From Bacteroidota bacterium (GTDB lineage Bacteria; Bacteroidota; Bacteroidia; Bacteroidales; GCA-2748055): 64,000 nt of DNA. How positions within the stretch are numbered: position 1 is the first letter of the stretch; every line of letters starts with the position of its first letter. Below the pieces are notes generated by a model. It saw only the letters and a program-made list of their open reading frames with translations. It was not told the DNA's origin and did no database searches. The position numbers were made by a program, and so were the translations under genes. Location: assembly GCA_039714915.1 (NCBI GenBank), contig JBDLIM010000002.1, forward strand, positions 7,309 through 71,308, read 5' to 3'. Below are positions 36,729-47,333 of the stretch, piece by piece.

Positions 36729-39700
36729 CTAAAATCCCTGTTCTGACCTCTCGTATTCCATGAACCGTTCGATAAACAGGTCAAGCCTGCGCCTGGCAGC
36801 CAGGCTATAAACATACTGGGCCTGACCTACTTTGCCTTTTACGCGCCTCTCCCCTGCTTTCAGGTTAAAGACAATGTTGTTGAATTCGCGGTTTGATGAG
36901 AGAACCTGGAGGCCGCCTGGCGAAAAGGCAATATAATACCAGGTTCGGTCGTCTACCCTCAGGTACATATCGAAAATATCACCGGATCCCTTCTCTACCA
37001 TCTCTATATAAGCATGGACCTTTTTATTCACCTGGATATTCCCGATGTTGCCTATGCCTATTTTTCCATTATGCCGGAAGGAACGGGTTTCCTGGTTCCA
37101 TTTCAGGGGAAATTCATTAAAAAACAGGGTATGATACCATGCTGAAGGAATTTCTCCGTAAGTACCGGTTAATCCCAATTGTCGTTCCAGGGTGCCGGCC
37201 AGCTCCCCGCCCAGCAAATCACGCATGGCCAACTGGTATCGCGGACTGCTCAAATCTACCGGTTCCAGGTCAGGCAGGCTGTCTATCTCCCTTCCCATCA
37301 CCTGGAGGGCCTCAGGAGAAAAATAAAAATCAAGACCCAGACTCAGATTGGTGCTAAACTCATCATCGCTTACCTTGTGCAGGGCATTTCCGGCAGAAGT
37401 GATCTTCACCTGTCCATACTCAAGTGTAAGGTCTATGGGGCCTTCTCCGTACACCTGGCAAGTGGCAGGTTCCAGGGAAAGATAATTCCCAGGTAAAACA
37501 GGAGACGCAATCTTCTCCGGGCCGGAAATGATATAACGCCTCTGATCGGGATCATATAGCAATACTCCCGAGGCATCTGTGATATTCTTATCAAAATAAT
37601 CTGTCCGACCTGAAAGGAAGGCAGTATAAATGTGAGTGGAATCCCTGGTAATCATGGATCCGGCAAAGATCTTGTTCAGGGCTACATTTTGCATGGATTC
37701 CGGGACTGGAATCTGAATATGGGCCGGGTCAATGGCTGATGTGAAACGCAACCAATCCCTTCTGATGTTACAATCATGTACGATCCTGGTGCCTCCATCA
37801 AACAGAAGAGTCGGGCTGGAAGCAGCGAGCGTAACCTCACCCCTGAAATCAAAGTAGGGACTAAGCATAAACACATCATCCTCCATGATTTCACCTTTCG
37901 ACTGACTTTGAATGGTGGTATCGACCCAGATGCGGTTAAAGAATATTTTATAGGCATTATCAAATGCATCGGTATAGATGTAGTATCCTGATCCCAAATA
38001 GTCCATGGCTCCATTAACCGTAATGGAAGCATTAAAAATAAGGTGCTGTCTGTTCTCCTGGTTGGCCAGCAGTTTAGCTTTCTTTAATTCAGACATGGTG
38101 GCCTGCTGTCCGATTTCCACATTCCCCTGAGAAGGAAAAACATAGGCATCCGCTACCTCAATAAAAGAAACCTCCCTGGCCTGAAGCAACCTGTCTTTAT
38201 AATTGTACAAGGCAAACGGCGAATTAAATGAGAGGCTGTCCTGCCCGGGATGCCTGGAAAGGTACAGGGGCCCGTTTGATTTCAGGGAGTCAATACCTAT
38301 GTCCACCGTATTCTCTTCAAGGCGCTTGCTCTGAGACAGGGCCACCTCATCCCTGTCCATATACCAGACCATATCATCCAGTTTTGTCTCATAAAGGTTG
38401 TAGGGCAGATCGATCAGAGTAGCATCCCCATTGGCTCTGAACTGCCCCCTCCTCTCATCCAGGGCAATCCGGATATTTACATCCTCGGTAAGAAAGGCAA
38501 ACTCCTGCCTTGATTTATCCTTTAATTGTACTCCCGCAGAATCGGCATATATACTTAGGTGATTATAGCTGAAAAAGTCAGATTCCAGCCTGGCATCAGG
38601 CAGGGCCATCACTCCATCACCGCTAAGGCCGCCGGGACGTAAGGCAAGGTTTCCTCCATGGAAGGTGCTGTCATTAAATATCTTAAAGTTGCTGCCAAGG
38701 TCCTCCAATTCCATTACATCCTCGCCAGGACGCAGGGTCATATAAACCCTCTCGTTTTCCACATAGGGAAAGGAAACATCCTCCACCTTTTCCCTGATTA
38801 AGAATCGTTGTGAAACAGCCAGCAGAGAATCCGGATGCATTAAAAAAGCTTCCGACCAGGTGGTAGAAGTAAGGTAATCGAAGGAACCATAACCTACCAA
38901 TCCCTTGTTGCTCATTTCAATGCCATTGTGAAATGTTCCAACTCCTCCATAAAGGGGAAATCCCTCCTCTGAAGTTTCCATATAGAATCCCAGCGATTTA
39001 TCATCCCGAAGAGTCATCTGCATTTGCAAAGGCGGGAGGATCCCGGCTGAGATAAATGTCCCGTTGGGAGAGATGGCTTCAGGCCTGAAATTGTCAAGGC
39101 TGTCAATGGTAAAGGGCTCCAGTTCAAAATAGAATTCGTCCCTGTGATACACTCCATTCTGGATGTTCTTACTATCAAAATAGATATACGAATTCTCCTT
39201 ACTTGTAAATGTGGGATACTGCGGATATTTCTCTAATCCGGATTTATTCAGGGGATCATCAATAAGAAGTTCCCCGGTCATATCCTCAATATTATTATCG
39301 ATACGGGCAAGAATGTGTTCCCCATATTGATTATACTCTCCTGTGTGAATCGAGAGTTGCAGTGAATCAATAATCTTCAGATCTATTTTGAAGCTATCAT
39401 AATCGAAAAAGAAGTCCTGCCCGCTGAATCGGAATAAGCCGGCATCCACAGTTCCGTCAAACTGGAAAGATCTGTCCTGTTTCATGGTTATGCTGTTGTT
39501 CTTAGGGAACAATCTCACATTCTGCGAATCGCTCAGAAATATGACCGGGATGCCGGAGATGGTAAGGTCCCTGGTCTGAAGATCCAGGCGGGCATTTGAT
39601 GCACCTTCCGTCCTGGAATTAAACCTGATTACATCGTAATCCCTTTGCTTCATGGATGCAATGATATAATCAAATAACTTCTGACGTAAGGTGACCAGAT

Positions 39701-41198
39701 CCTTTTCATCATCGTAGTAGACAAATCCCAGTTTGGACAAGCTCATCAAGAGGTGCCTCACCTGGTAAAGGGAATAGCCCACGTAAGAGGCATAGTTAGG
39801 AACGGCAAATGTCCGTCCGCCTAGCATGTTGGAATAGGTATAGAGCTGGGCCAGAGGGTGCTCATAGTCCATACCCTGCAATCCAATGTAAAAATCGTAA
39901 TCAAAGAATGTATTTGACTCAAAACTGGCTCTGCCCACAGATGTACCCTGCAGAGCCTGAAAGTTCATAAAGGATTCTTTTCGATTCCATAAAATCTCTT
40001 CAAAATTCATATCCACCTTATGATAGGTATTGGAAAAAGGACCCTCCGATTTATAGTCTTCCGACTTGTATAATCTCAACTGATCTTTGGACACATCTAA
40101 TGAAAAAACCAGGTCGGGATGGTAGATTGAATCTCCTCCAAAAAAGATGGATACAGCAGCATGTGGCGCTCGTATATGCCTTGAATTCATGGATACCCTT
40201 TGTGCCTTCGCCCTGATACGGAGTGTATCATTGCTGTATATTTTAAGCTCAGCGGGCTCACCTTCCACTCCCGAACCGAGAAGGTTAGCTCCTTCAATGG
40301 ATAATCCCCCTCTGAAATCTAAACCCGGAATAAAATCGATAATTTCATAAGAACTTTTATAGGAGGTAAACTGTGGATACTTTACGGAGGCCAGATCCTT
40401 GATCTGGCTAACCTTGTCCTCCAGCCGGCCATGTGCAATCCCTTCAAAAAGAGATGGATAAAAAAGTTGTACAGAATCGGCCGAATACCCCGGAGTTTTC
40501 AGGTTGATTTTAAAATCATGTAAAAATGCATAAATCTCAGCCTCAGGCATCCCGGCCCTCTCCCAGGTAACCTTTCCCTGGTTCCCTTTCCATTCCAGAC
40601 TTACGGGATCAAGGTATCCTGAAGTATTCAGGATTTGTATAGAATCCTGACCTGAATAACAGGACACTGTCACCCTGTCGAAGAGAATCGTCATAGCCTG
40701 GTCTGTCTGAAACTGAAATGAAGGTTCGGAAGCCTTCCATCTCACTGCTGTTGATTTATAGAATGTGTTATCTTCCAGCAATGAAAGTGACAGGCTCAGC
40801 CACTGACCAATTACTTTTAATAAGCTTTGTTCGTTCAGAAGCAGAATGCGAAATCCCTCCCGCCATTCTTCATAGCCATGGGATACCTTATCTTCTATTA
40901 AGAATTCATTCATGATCTTCTGATAGGCTATGAAATGAGGCCTGGGTCTTCCTTTGCGATCAAGCAGAAGGTTCGACATGTCGATAATCTCCATCCGACT
41001 GTCGTAGGGAAGCGAATCATATAATCGAATAAACCTTTCGAAATCAGGAACTTCTGAAGTCTCAAGAGAAGAGCCGATAAATGACACTACTTCAGAAACA
41101 AAGAGTCCTGTGTCTCTTGAAAACTCATGAATAGACTGGCTCCGGACCGAGTAAGCCAGTGCAAGTATAATCCATAGAACTAAATAAGCTCTTCTCAT
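36729..41198 (-). CDS. Very large (1489 aa) secreted protein of unknown function
   Basis: Uninterrupted ORF with signal peptide 'MRRAYLVLWIILALAYSVRSQ'. No catalytic or repeat motif recognised. Last gene of the tmk-like/DoxX-like/tpiA/prmA same-strand array. Confidence 0.75.
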   Translation of the reverse strand: MRRAYLVLWIILALAYSVRSQSIHEFSRDTGLFVSEVVSFIGSSLETSEVPDFERFIRLYDSLPYDSRMEIIDMSNLLLDRKGRPRPHFIAYQKIMNEFLIEDKVSHGYEEWREGFRILLLNEQSLLKVIGQWLSLSLSLLEDNTFYKSTAVRWKASEPSFQFQTDQAMTILFDRVTVSCYSGQDSIQILNTSGYLDPVSLEWKGNQGKVTWERAGMPEAEIYAFLHDFKINLKTPGYSADSVQLFYPSLFEGIAHGRLEDKVSQIKDLASVKYPQFTSYKSSYEIIDFIPGLDFRGGLSIEGANLLGSGVEGEPAELKIYSNDTLRIRAKAQRVSMNSRHIRAPHAAVSIFFGGDSIYHPDLVFSLDVSKDQLRLYKSEDYKSEGPFSNTYHKVDMNFEEILWNRKESFMNFQALQGTSVGRASFESNTFFDYDFYIGLQGMDYEHPLAQLYTYSNMLGGRTFAVPNYASYVGYSLYQVRHLLMSLSKLGFVYYDDEKDLVTLRQKLFDYIIASMKQRDYDVIRFNSRTEGASNARLDLQTRDLTISGIPVIFLSDSQNVRLFPKNNSITMKQDRSFQFDGTVDAGLFRFSGQDFFFDYDSFKIDLKIIDSLQLSIHTGEYNQYGEHILARIDNNIEDMTGELLIDDPLNKSGLEKYPQYPTFTSKENSYIYFDSKNIQNGVYHRDEFYFELEPFTIDSLDNFRPEAISPNGTFISAGILPPLQMQMTLRDDKSLGFYMETSEEGFPLYGGVGTFHNGIEMSNKGLVGYGSFDYLTSTTWSEAFLMHPDSLLAVSQRFLIREKVEDVSFPYVENERVYMTLRPGEDVMELEDLGSNFKIFNDSTFHGGNLALRPGGLSGDGVMALPDARLESDFFSYNHLSIYADSAGVQLKDKSRQEFAFLTEDVNIRIALDERRGQFRANGDATLIDLPYNLYETKLDDMVWYMDRDEVALSQSKRLEENTVDIGIDSLKSNGPLYLSRHPGQDSLSFNSPFALYNYKDRLLQAREVSFIEVADAYVFPSQGNVEIGQQATMSELKKAKLLANQENRQHLIFNASITVNGAMDYLGSGYYIYTDAFDNAYKIFFNRIWVDTTIQSQSKGEIMEDDVFMLSPYFDFRGEVTLAASSPTLLFDGGTRIVHDCNIRRDWLRFTSAIDPAHIQIPVPESMQNVALNKIFAGSMITRDSTHIYTAFLSGRTDYFDKNITDASGVLLYDPDQRRYIISGPEKIASPVLPGNYLSLEPATCQVYGEGPIDLTLEYGQVKITSAGNALHKVSDDEFSTNLSLGLDFYFSPEALQVMGREIDSLPDLEPVDLSSPRYQLAMRDLLGGELAGTLERQLGLTGTYGEIPSAWYHTLFFNEFPLKWNQETRSFRHNGKIGIGNIGNIQVNKKVHAYIEMVEKGSGDIFDMYLRVDDRTWYYIAFSPGGLQVLSSNREFNNIVFNLKAGERRVKGKVGQAQYVYSLAARRRLDLFIERFMEYERSEQGF

Positions 41199-41216
41199 TG
41201 CTGCATGATTGTAAAC

Positions 41217-42056
41217 CTACTTCTTTTTATACGAGAGAGAGATCCAATTGGATACTTCCCGGGTACTAAGGTGTGATAAATTACACCTGTACGCAGCATT
41301 CAGCACGTACTGAACATCCTCAGCCAGAAAGCCGCTGACTATCATAATGCCACCTCCCACAAGGTGAGTCTCATAGTGCTGCATGTCCCTAACAAGCGTA
41401 TTCCGGGTAATATTAGCCAGTACAAAATCAAATTTTTCTTCTTTCAGTACTCCCACATCCCCAAAACGAACCTCCATTCCGGCCGCTCCGTTCAGGTCCA
41501 CATTCTCAAGGGCATTCTGGTATGCCCAGCGATCATTATCGATCCCCACCACACCCTGTGCCCCCATCTTATACGCATAAATCCCCAGAACACCTGTTCC
41601 ACAACCCATATCCAGAATCCACTTATCCTTCAGGTCATAATTCATCATCTCCATGATCATCAGCCTGGTGGTGTGGTGGTGCCCTGTCCCGAAAGACATT
41701 TTTGGTTCAATGATCAGTGTACACGGCAAATCGTCCTTAGCTCCATGAAAAGGTGCTCTGATCAGTACCTTATCTTCAATCAGAACCGGCTCAAATTTTT
41801 TCTCCCATTCTTTATTCCAGTTTTGATTTTCTGTCCTGTGAAAGCTGTACTGGACTTTTATTCCCAGATCAGCCAGTTCGTCGATCACTTCATTAAAACT
41901 CTGATCTGAATGCCTGCTCTCGTCGATATATGCCTGAAGGATGTATTCTCCCTCTACAAATCCCTCAAATCCGATCTGAGCCAGCATGGCAAACAGAATT
42001 TCCTTCTGGGTACTATCCCAGGTTCTGGCTGGAATTTCAAATTCAAGGTAAGCCAT
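41217..42056 (-). CDS. prmA: Ribosomal protein L11 methyltransferase
   Basis: 'PKMSFGTGHHHTT' and SAM motif 'ILDMGCGTGVLGI'. Confidence 0.9.
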   Translation of the reverse strand: MAYLEFEIPARTWDSTQKEILFAMLAQIGFEGFVEGEYILQAYIDESRHSDQSFNEVIDELADLGIKVQYSFHRTENQNWNKEWEKKFEPVLIEDKVLIRAPFHGAKDDLPCTLIIEPKMSFGTGHHHTTRLMIMEMMNYDLKDKWILDMGCGTGVLGIYAYKMGAQGVVGIDNDRWAYQNALENVDLNGAAGMEVRFGDVGVLKEEKFDFVLANITRNTLVRDMQHYETHLVGGGIMIVSGFLAEDVQYVLNAAYRCNLSHLSTREVSNWISLSYKKK

Positions 42057-42073
42057 GAAATTGGGTATGGAAC

Positions 42074-42823
42074 CTAATAAGCGTTAACAATGGCCAGAAA
42101 ATCCTCTGCCTTAAGTGAGGCCCCGCCAATGAGTCCGCCATCCACATCCGGATTGGCAAATAATTCAGCTGCATTGGATGGTTTGCAACTCCCTCCGTAA
42201 AGAATCGTCATATCCTCAGCTACCTTATCATTAAAGATCTCTGCAAGCAGATCTCTGATGAACTTATGCATCTCCTGGGCCTGATCAGGGCTTGCAACAA
42301 CACCTGTGCCTATAGCCCAAACCGGCTCGTATGCGATTATCACCTGGCCCATTTCCTCCGAAGTCAGGTCTCTAAGTCCAACTTCAAGCTGCTCCCTGAT
42401 CACATCGAAGAGCTTACCGGCCTCACGTTCTTCAAGCAGCTCACCGCAGCAGAATATGGGCTTCAGGCCACTGGCAAGTGCCAGCTTTGTTTTCTTGTTT
42501 AATAATTCATTATCCTCCTTATAGTAGGACCGGCGCTCAGAGTGGCCAATGATCACATATTCAACACCGGTGGAAACAAGCATATCAGGTGAGATCTCAC
42601 CCGTATAGGCTCCTGATGCCTCAGAAGCACAATTCTGAGCACTAAGTTTTACATTGAAGATCATCTCATTGACTTTGCTCAGATGGGTATAAGGAGGAGC
42701 AATAATCACCAGTGCATCGCTGGTTTTCTCCTTTTTCAGTTTTTCTACGGCCTTTGCCAGTTCCATCCCGTCTTTAAGAAGGGTGTTCATTTTCCAGTTC
42801 CCTGCTACAATTTTCTTTCTCAT
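42074..42823 (-). CDS. tpiA: Triosephosphate isomerase
   Basis: 'IVAGNWKMN', 'IIGHSERR' and 'IAYEPVWAIGTG'. Confidence 0.95.
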   Translation of the reverse strand: MRKKIVAGNWKMNTLLKDGMELAKAVEKLKKEKTSDALVIIAPPYTHLSKVNEMIFNVKLSAQNCASEASGAYTGEISPDMLVSTGVEYVIIGHSERRSYYKEDNELLNKKTKLALASGLKPIFCCGELLEEREAGKLFDVIREQLEVGLRDLTSEEMGQVIIAYEPVWAIGTGVVASPDQAQEMHKFIRDLLAEIFNDKVAEDMTILYGGSCKPSNAAELFANPDVDGGLIGGASLKAEDFLAIVNAY

Positions 42824-42868
42824 TTTAGTCTTGCGTATTAATAATTCCTATTTAAAAATAATAAATAT

Positions 42869-44221
42869 CTAAACTCTGATGGGAGAAATAATGGGTGAGA
42901 TAAACAGAAGGATGATCATCCCAAGGATAAATACAATAAGCACACCACGTTCTCTTTTCTGTGCTTCTTTTTTATAAAGCAGCTCTGGTAAGAAGCGGTC
43001 AAAATCCACCACATCAAATGAAAATTCCTCGTATACACCGGCTTCCATAAGAAGCTGGGCTTCCTCATCCAGAGGAGCCGATGCATTGCCTATTAATTCA
43101 CTCCACTCCGGATCAAGGTTCTCAATAGAAGGAAAATCCCTGTATCCCCATTTTCCAAGTATGGTCCCGTTTTTTATTAGCATGAACCCGGGATTGGAGC
43201 GCACAATGGTTTTCAGCATAATCTCGTCGCCGGCCAGAAAGTTATATCCCAGGTTCAGACTTGCTGACAGAGACTCTGTTTCCACTGAAGGAGTGGCAGT
43301 CACCGCGTAAAAAGAAAAATCGCCGGCAAGGATCTCCAGCTGCGACCATCCCCTGACATTTTGCAATGCTTCTTTATTTGCTTTGCTGAGCTTATCGCTG
43401 ATCAGTACCAGGCTATATCCCTTATCTGCCAGTATTTCATCCACCAGGTCGGTCCCGCTTTTATCCATGATCGCAAAATCATGAATTGGAGGTTCAGATC
43501 CCTTTTTCACCAACCTGGACTCGCTGTTCACAAACTCCCAGCCTAGCGTATCCTTAGGATAATTGTCGATCTGGAAGGATTCGGACTTACCCGTTTTCTT
43601 ATTTCTGTATACCAGAGTAGTTTCATACTGATCCAAAGGAGCGCCCTCGGGAACCTTCATTCCTTCAACAATAACTGTCCCCACTTGATAGGGTCTGAAA
43701 TCGATCAGTGGAATATGCCTGTAATTCCAATAGGAGAACCCCGAAGCCATCACAAATAATCCGAGCACCGCAATCCACTCCCGGAATACAAACTCCGACT
43801 CCTGTACGTTCTGCCTGTGCATATAAAGAGGAAGCACCATGCCCATCAGCAGCACATTTTTAAAGAAAGTCTGCCAGTTGGTCAGGATCAATGCATCCCC
43901 AAAACAACCACAATCAGATACCGGGTTAAAAATGGCCAGTATAAATGTAAGCAGGGTGAAAAATGACATGAACCACATCAATACCAGATAGGCAATCTTT
44001 CGCCTGTAGCCCAGGATCAGGATCATGCCCAGAAGCAATTCAAAAGCAGACAGAAAAATCCCCAGAGGAAGTGTAAGAAATTCCAGGAATCCAAGTTTAA
44101 ATGCGCTGAAATAGTCCGCAAACTTATATGCTGAGCCCAAAGGATCGACTGCTTTCACAAATCCGCTAAAAACAAATACAATCCCAAGGATCATCCGACA
44201 TAAAAGTCTGACGTACTTCAT
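42869..44221 (-). CDS. DoxX/MauE-like multi-TM protein with a C-terminal soluble domain and terminal TM helix
   Basis: 'ILGIVFVFSGFVKAVDPLG' and a run of N-terminal TM helices. About 230 aa of hydrophilic sequence follow, then a final hydrophobic helix. Confidence 0.55.
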   Translation of the reverse strand: MKYVRLLCRMILGIVFVFSGFVKAVDPLGSAYKFADYFSAFKLGFLEFLTLPLGIFLSAFELLLGMILILGYRRKIAYLVLMWFMSFFTLLTFILAIFNPVSDCGCFGDALILTNWQTFFKNVLLMGMVLPLYMHRQNVQESEFVFREWIAVLGLFVMASGFSYWNYRHIPLIDFRPYQVGTVIVEGMKVPEGAPLDQYETTLVYRNKKTGKSESFQIDNYPKDTLGWEFVNSESRLVKKGSEPPIHDFAIMDKSGTDLVDEILADKGYSLVLISDKLSKANKEALQNVRGWSQLEILAGDFSFYAVTATPSVETESLSASLNLGYNFLAGDEIMLKTIVRSNPGFMLIKNGTILGKWGYRDFPSIENLDPEWSELIGNASAPLDEEAQLLMEAGVYEEFSFDVVDFDRFLPELLYKKEAQKRERGVLIVFILGMIILLFISPIISPIRV

Positions 44222-44223
44222 CT

Positions 44224-44898
44224 CTATAAATGAATGTGTTTCAGGATTTTCTCCGAAATATCCGCAGGTGACAGCATTTGCCCCTCATCACCCATGCAAT
44301 GGATCAGCTCAAGGTCATCCACATGGCTGCGAAGTGAAAGGTATACCTGCCTGACCTGTTCCTGAAAATCAAGGTTCTCCTCATGAATATCCCGCTCCCC
44401 TCGAAGATAGGCACGATCGTCCCCCTTTCGGGCATTTTTCAATTGTTGCCTGGTAAAATCGAAGGGTACGTTTAAATACAGGTTAATGTCCGGCTTCGGC
44501 AAGTGATTGTATCCAAACTCCAGATCAAGAATCCAGTCCCTTAATTCATGCTGCCTGTCGGGATCTTTCAGTTTCGCACATTGAAAAGCGATGTTGGAGT
44601 AAACATACCTGTCAACAATGACCAGGTATCCCTCGTCCATCCAGCTTCTTATCCTGGAAGCAGCATCCGCTCTGTCACCCGCAAAAATAAGCGCCACCAG
44701 GTATGGGTCCACCTGGTCATTTGCCCCCATCTCTCCCCGAAGAAACCTGGCTATTAAATTGCCATAGATTCCCTCCTCCAACCTTGGAAAATGAAGGTAT
44801 TTGAAAGGCACTGTATTTTTATTAAGATATTCCCTCAGGAGTTTCAGCTGGGTGGACTTACCCGAACCATCCAATCCCTCAATCACAACGAAGCCCAT
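44224..44898 (-). CDS. tmk: Thymidylate kinase family protein
   Basis: P-loop 'IEGLDGSGKSTQ' and the 'VDRYVYSNIAFQ' (DRY-type) motif. Confidence 0.65.
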   Translation of the reverse strand: MGFVVIEGLDGSGKSTQLKLLREYLNKNTVPFKYLHFPRLEEGIYGNLIARFLRGEMGANDQVDPYLVALIFAGDRADAASRIRSWMDEGYLVIVDRYVYSNIAFQCAKLKDPDRQHELRDWILDLEFGYNHLPKPDINLYLNVPFDFTRQQLKNARKGDDRAYLRGERDIHEENLDFQEQVRQVYLSLRSHVDDLELIHCMGDEGQMLSPADISEKILKHIHL

Positions 44899-44980
44899 GA
44901 AACTATTCTGGATTATTTAATGTATTTTTAGATTCAGTTTCCAAACTTACAAAATATCATCATCAACCTAACGTGAATAG

Positions 44981-45868
44981 ATGAAGAACTTCTCCACATC
45001 CGGACCTCTCTTTTCAAGGAACTTATCCTTGAATCTGCACGGTCGGATCATGGACCTGTCCGTTCCACAGGTCATGGGCATTATCAATACCACCCCCGAC
45101 TCATTCTATGAAGGAAGCCGCCTGCCAGAACCGGGCCAGGCCGTGGAGACTGCCAGGCAAATGATTGAGCAGGGAGCTGCCATTCTGGATGTGGGAGCGG
45201 TCTCTTCCAGGCCCGGAGCTGAAGAAGTTCCGGAAGAGGAAGAATTAAACAGGCTCTCCCCTGTTTTAGAGGCCTTGAGAAATGAATTTCCTGATTTCCC
45301 CATTTCAATCGACACCTGGAGGTCCGGTGTAGCCAGGATCGCTCATCAGCGCTTCAGGGTGGATATGATCAATGATATTTCAGCCGGCCAGCTTGATCCC
45401 CTTATGTTCCGCACCATTTCTGAGCTTCAGCTGCCCTACGTAATGATGCATATGCAGGGTACTCCCGACTCTATGCAGGACTCATCCGAATATGACAACG
45501 TAAGCGATGAGCTTTTGCAATTCTTTGGAGAACGTGTGTATCAACTTCGCAAACATGGAGTAAATGACATCATTATAGACCCGGGATTCGGTTTTGGAAA
45601 AACCATGGAACAAAATTACAAGCTTCTGCTGGATCTGGATGCATTTCAAATGATAGAACTGCCCATTATGGTTGGAATATCTCGTAAATCGATGATATAC
45701 AGGACGCTGGAACTGGAACCCAATGAAGCCCTGAATGGTACCACTGCCGCTCATATGGCTGCCCTCCTGAAAGGGGCTTCTCTCCTTCGTGTGCATGATG
45801 TAAGGGCAGCTGTCGAAACGGTGAAGATTTTTCAGCAAATTGTGGAAAGCCGTACCCACAAGGTGTGA
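44981..45868 (+). CDS. folP: Dihydropteroate synthase
   Basis: 'GIINTTPDSFYEGS', 'ILDVGAVSSRPG' and 'IIDPGFGFGK'. Confidence 0.9.
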   Translation: MKNFSTSGPLFSRNLSLNLHGRIMDLSVPQVMGIINTTPDSFYEGSRLPEPGQAVETARQMIEQGAAILDVGAVSSRPGAEEVPEEEELNRLSPVLEALRNEFPDFPISIDTWRSGVARIAHQRFRVDMINDISAGQLDPLMFRTISELQLPYVMMHMQGTPDSMQDSSEYDNVSDELLQFFGERVYQLRKHGVNDIIIDPGFGFGKTMEQNYKLLLDLDAFQMIELPIMVGISRKSMIYRTLELEPNEALNGTTAAHMAALLKGASLLRVHDVRAAVETVKIFQQIVESRTHKV

Positions 45869-45902
45869 CTTCTTTTACTAAATTTGGCAACAGATCTGTT
45901 CC

Positions 45903-46682
45903 ATGCTCACTGCATTCATACATATCCGTCTGCTTGATGTGATCGACATCATCCTGGTAGCTATTCTTCTATACCAGCTATATATGCTGATCAGAGGGAC
46001 TGTGGCTTACAGTATTACCATGGGTATAGCCATCATCTACATTTTCTGGTGGGCGGTCAGGGCATTGAAAATGGAATTGCTCAGCAACATTCTGGGCTCG
46101 TTCCTGGGAGTGGGGGTCATTGCATTGATCATTGTATTTCAGCAGGAAATCCGCCGCTTTCTGATCTTCCTGGGATCCAGGTATATGGACGGCAACCGGA
46201 TAAGCGTAGAGAAGATATTAAACCTGCGTTTTGAAGCTAAATCACAGGTGAAGATCCGTTCCATACTAAAGGCTGTACTGCAATTCTCCCAGGAAAAGAC
46301 CGGAGCACTTATCGTAATCAAAAAGAGATCCAATCTGGATATGTACGCCGAAACAGGCGATGTACTTAATGCCGAAACTTCCAGTCGCCTTTTTTCCAGT
46401 ATTTTCAACAAGACCAGTCCCCTTCATGACGGAGCAGTCATTGTGGAGAATGATAAGGTAAAGGCAGCCAGGGTAATCCTTCCCGTAACTGAAAAACTGG
46501 ACCTTCCGCCGGAATATGGACTGAGGCACCGGGCCGGACTGGGTATTTCTGAGGTAACTGACTCGCTGGTAGTCATTGTATCTGAAGAAAACGGTCAGAT
46601 CTCCATTTCTGAAAACGGGATCCTGCAAAAAAACATATCTCCAAAATTGCTGAAGCAGAAACTGGAAGAAGACTTCTCTTAG
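45903..46682 (+). CDS. cdaA: Diadenylate cyclase (CdaA/DacA type)
   Basis: Three N-terminal TM helices plus a DAC domain carrying 'LHDGAVIV' and 'GLRHRAGLGISE'. Confidence 0.88.
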   Translation: MLTAFIHIRLLDVIDIILVAILLYQLYMLIRGTVAYSITMGIAIIYIFWWAVRALKMELLSNILGSFLGVGVIALIIVFQQEIRRFLIFLGSRYMDGNRISVEKILNLRFEAKSQVKIRSILKAVLQFSQEKTGALIVIKKRSNLDMYAETGDVLNAETSSRLFSSIFNKTSPLHDGAVIVENDKVKAARVILPVTEKLDLPPEYGLRHRAGLGISEVTDSLVVIVSEENGQISISENGILQKNISPKLLKQKLEEDFS

Positions 46683-46695
46683 CGTCTGCGAATTC

Positions 46696-47331
46696 TTAGT
46701 TTTTCAATACAGTAGTTTCTTTCCCTCTGATCAGGCGGGATATATTTGCCCGGTGGGTAATAATCACAAGTACGGGGACAAAGATGGAAAAGATCCGAAG
46801 TGAGACATACTCTGTTTGAAAGACAAAGATCATCCAGAGGGGATATGAAATAACAGCAGTCAGGGATCCCAGTGCCGATAGCCTGGTAACCAGGAATACC
46901 AGGAGATAGATCCCCATAGCGGCAAGTGCAGCAAATGGATGCAGAGCCAGTCCGATACCTGCCATGGCAGCCACACCCTTACCACCCCGAAATCCTGCAA
47001 ATACAGGAAAAATATGTCCGCACACTGCAAGCAATCCCAGCCCTATCTGCACCAGGATCCACCACTCGGAGCCGGGAACAATCTCTTGCTGAAAATAAGA
47101 CAGGCTCACTGCCAGAAAACCCTTTCCCATATCAGCCAGCAGAACCATGATTCCAATGGGTTTTCCCAGCACCCGGAATGCATTTGTTGCTCCTGCGTTT
47201 CCACTGCCATGTTCCCTTAAATCAATTCCCTTCAGCGCTTTGCCCAGCCACACAGACGAAGGAATGGAGCCCAGCAGGTAAGCCAGGACGCCTATTGTGA
47301 TTATCAATACCATAAGGGCCTGATTATACAA
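46696..47331 (-). CDS. plsY: Glycerol-3-phosphate acyltransferase PlsY
   Basis: 'LGSIPSS...HGSGNAGATN...FRGGKGVA'. Confidence 0.9.
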   Translation of the reverse strand: MYNQALMVLIITIGVLAYLLGSIPSSVWLGKALKGIDLREHGSGNAGATNAFRVLGKPIGIMVLLADMGKGFLAVSLSYFQQEIVPGSEWWILVQIGLGLLAVCGHIFPVFAGFRGGKGVAAMAGIGLALHPFAALAAMGIYLLVFLVTRLSALGSLTAVISYPLWMIFVFQTEYVSLRIFSIFVPVLVIITHRANISRLIRGKETTVLKN

Positions 47332-47333
47332 AG

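Noticed and set aside
36720-36731. 12-nt perfect palindrome TAGCAGCTGCTA containing the stop codons of two convergent genes
   Set aside because: Most likely a coincidence of two TAG stops around a CAGCTG core. It is too short for a terminator and I can propose no function.
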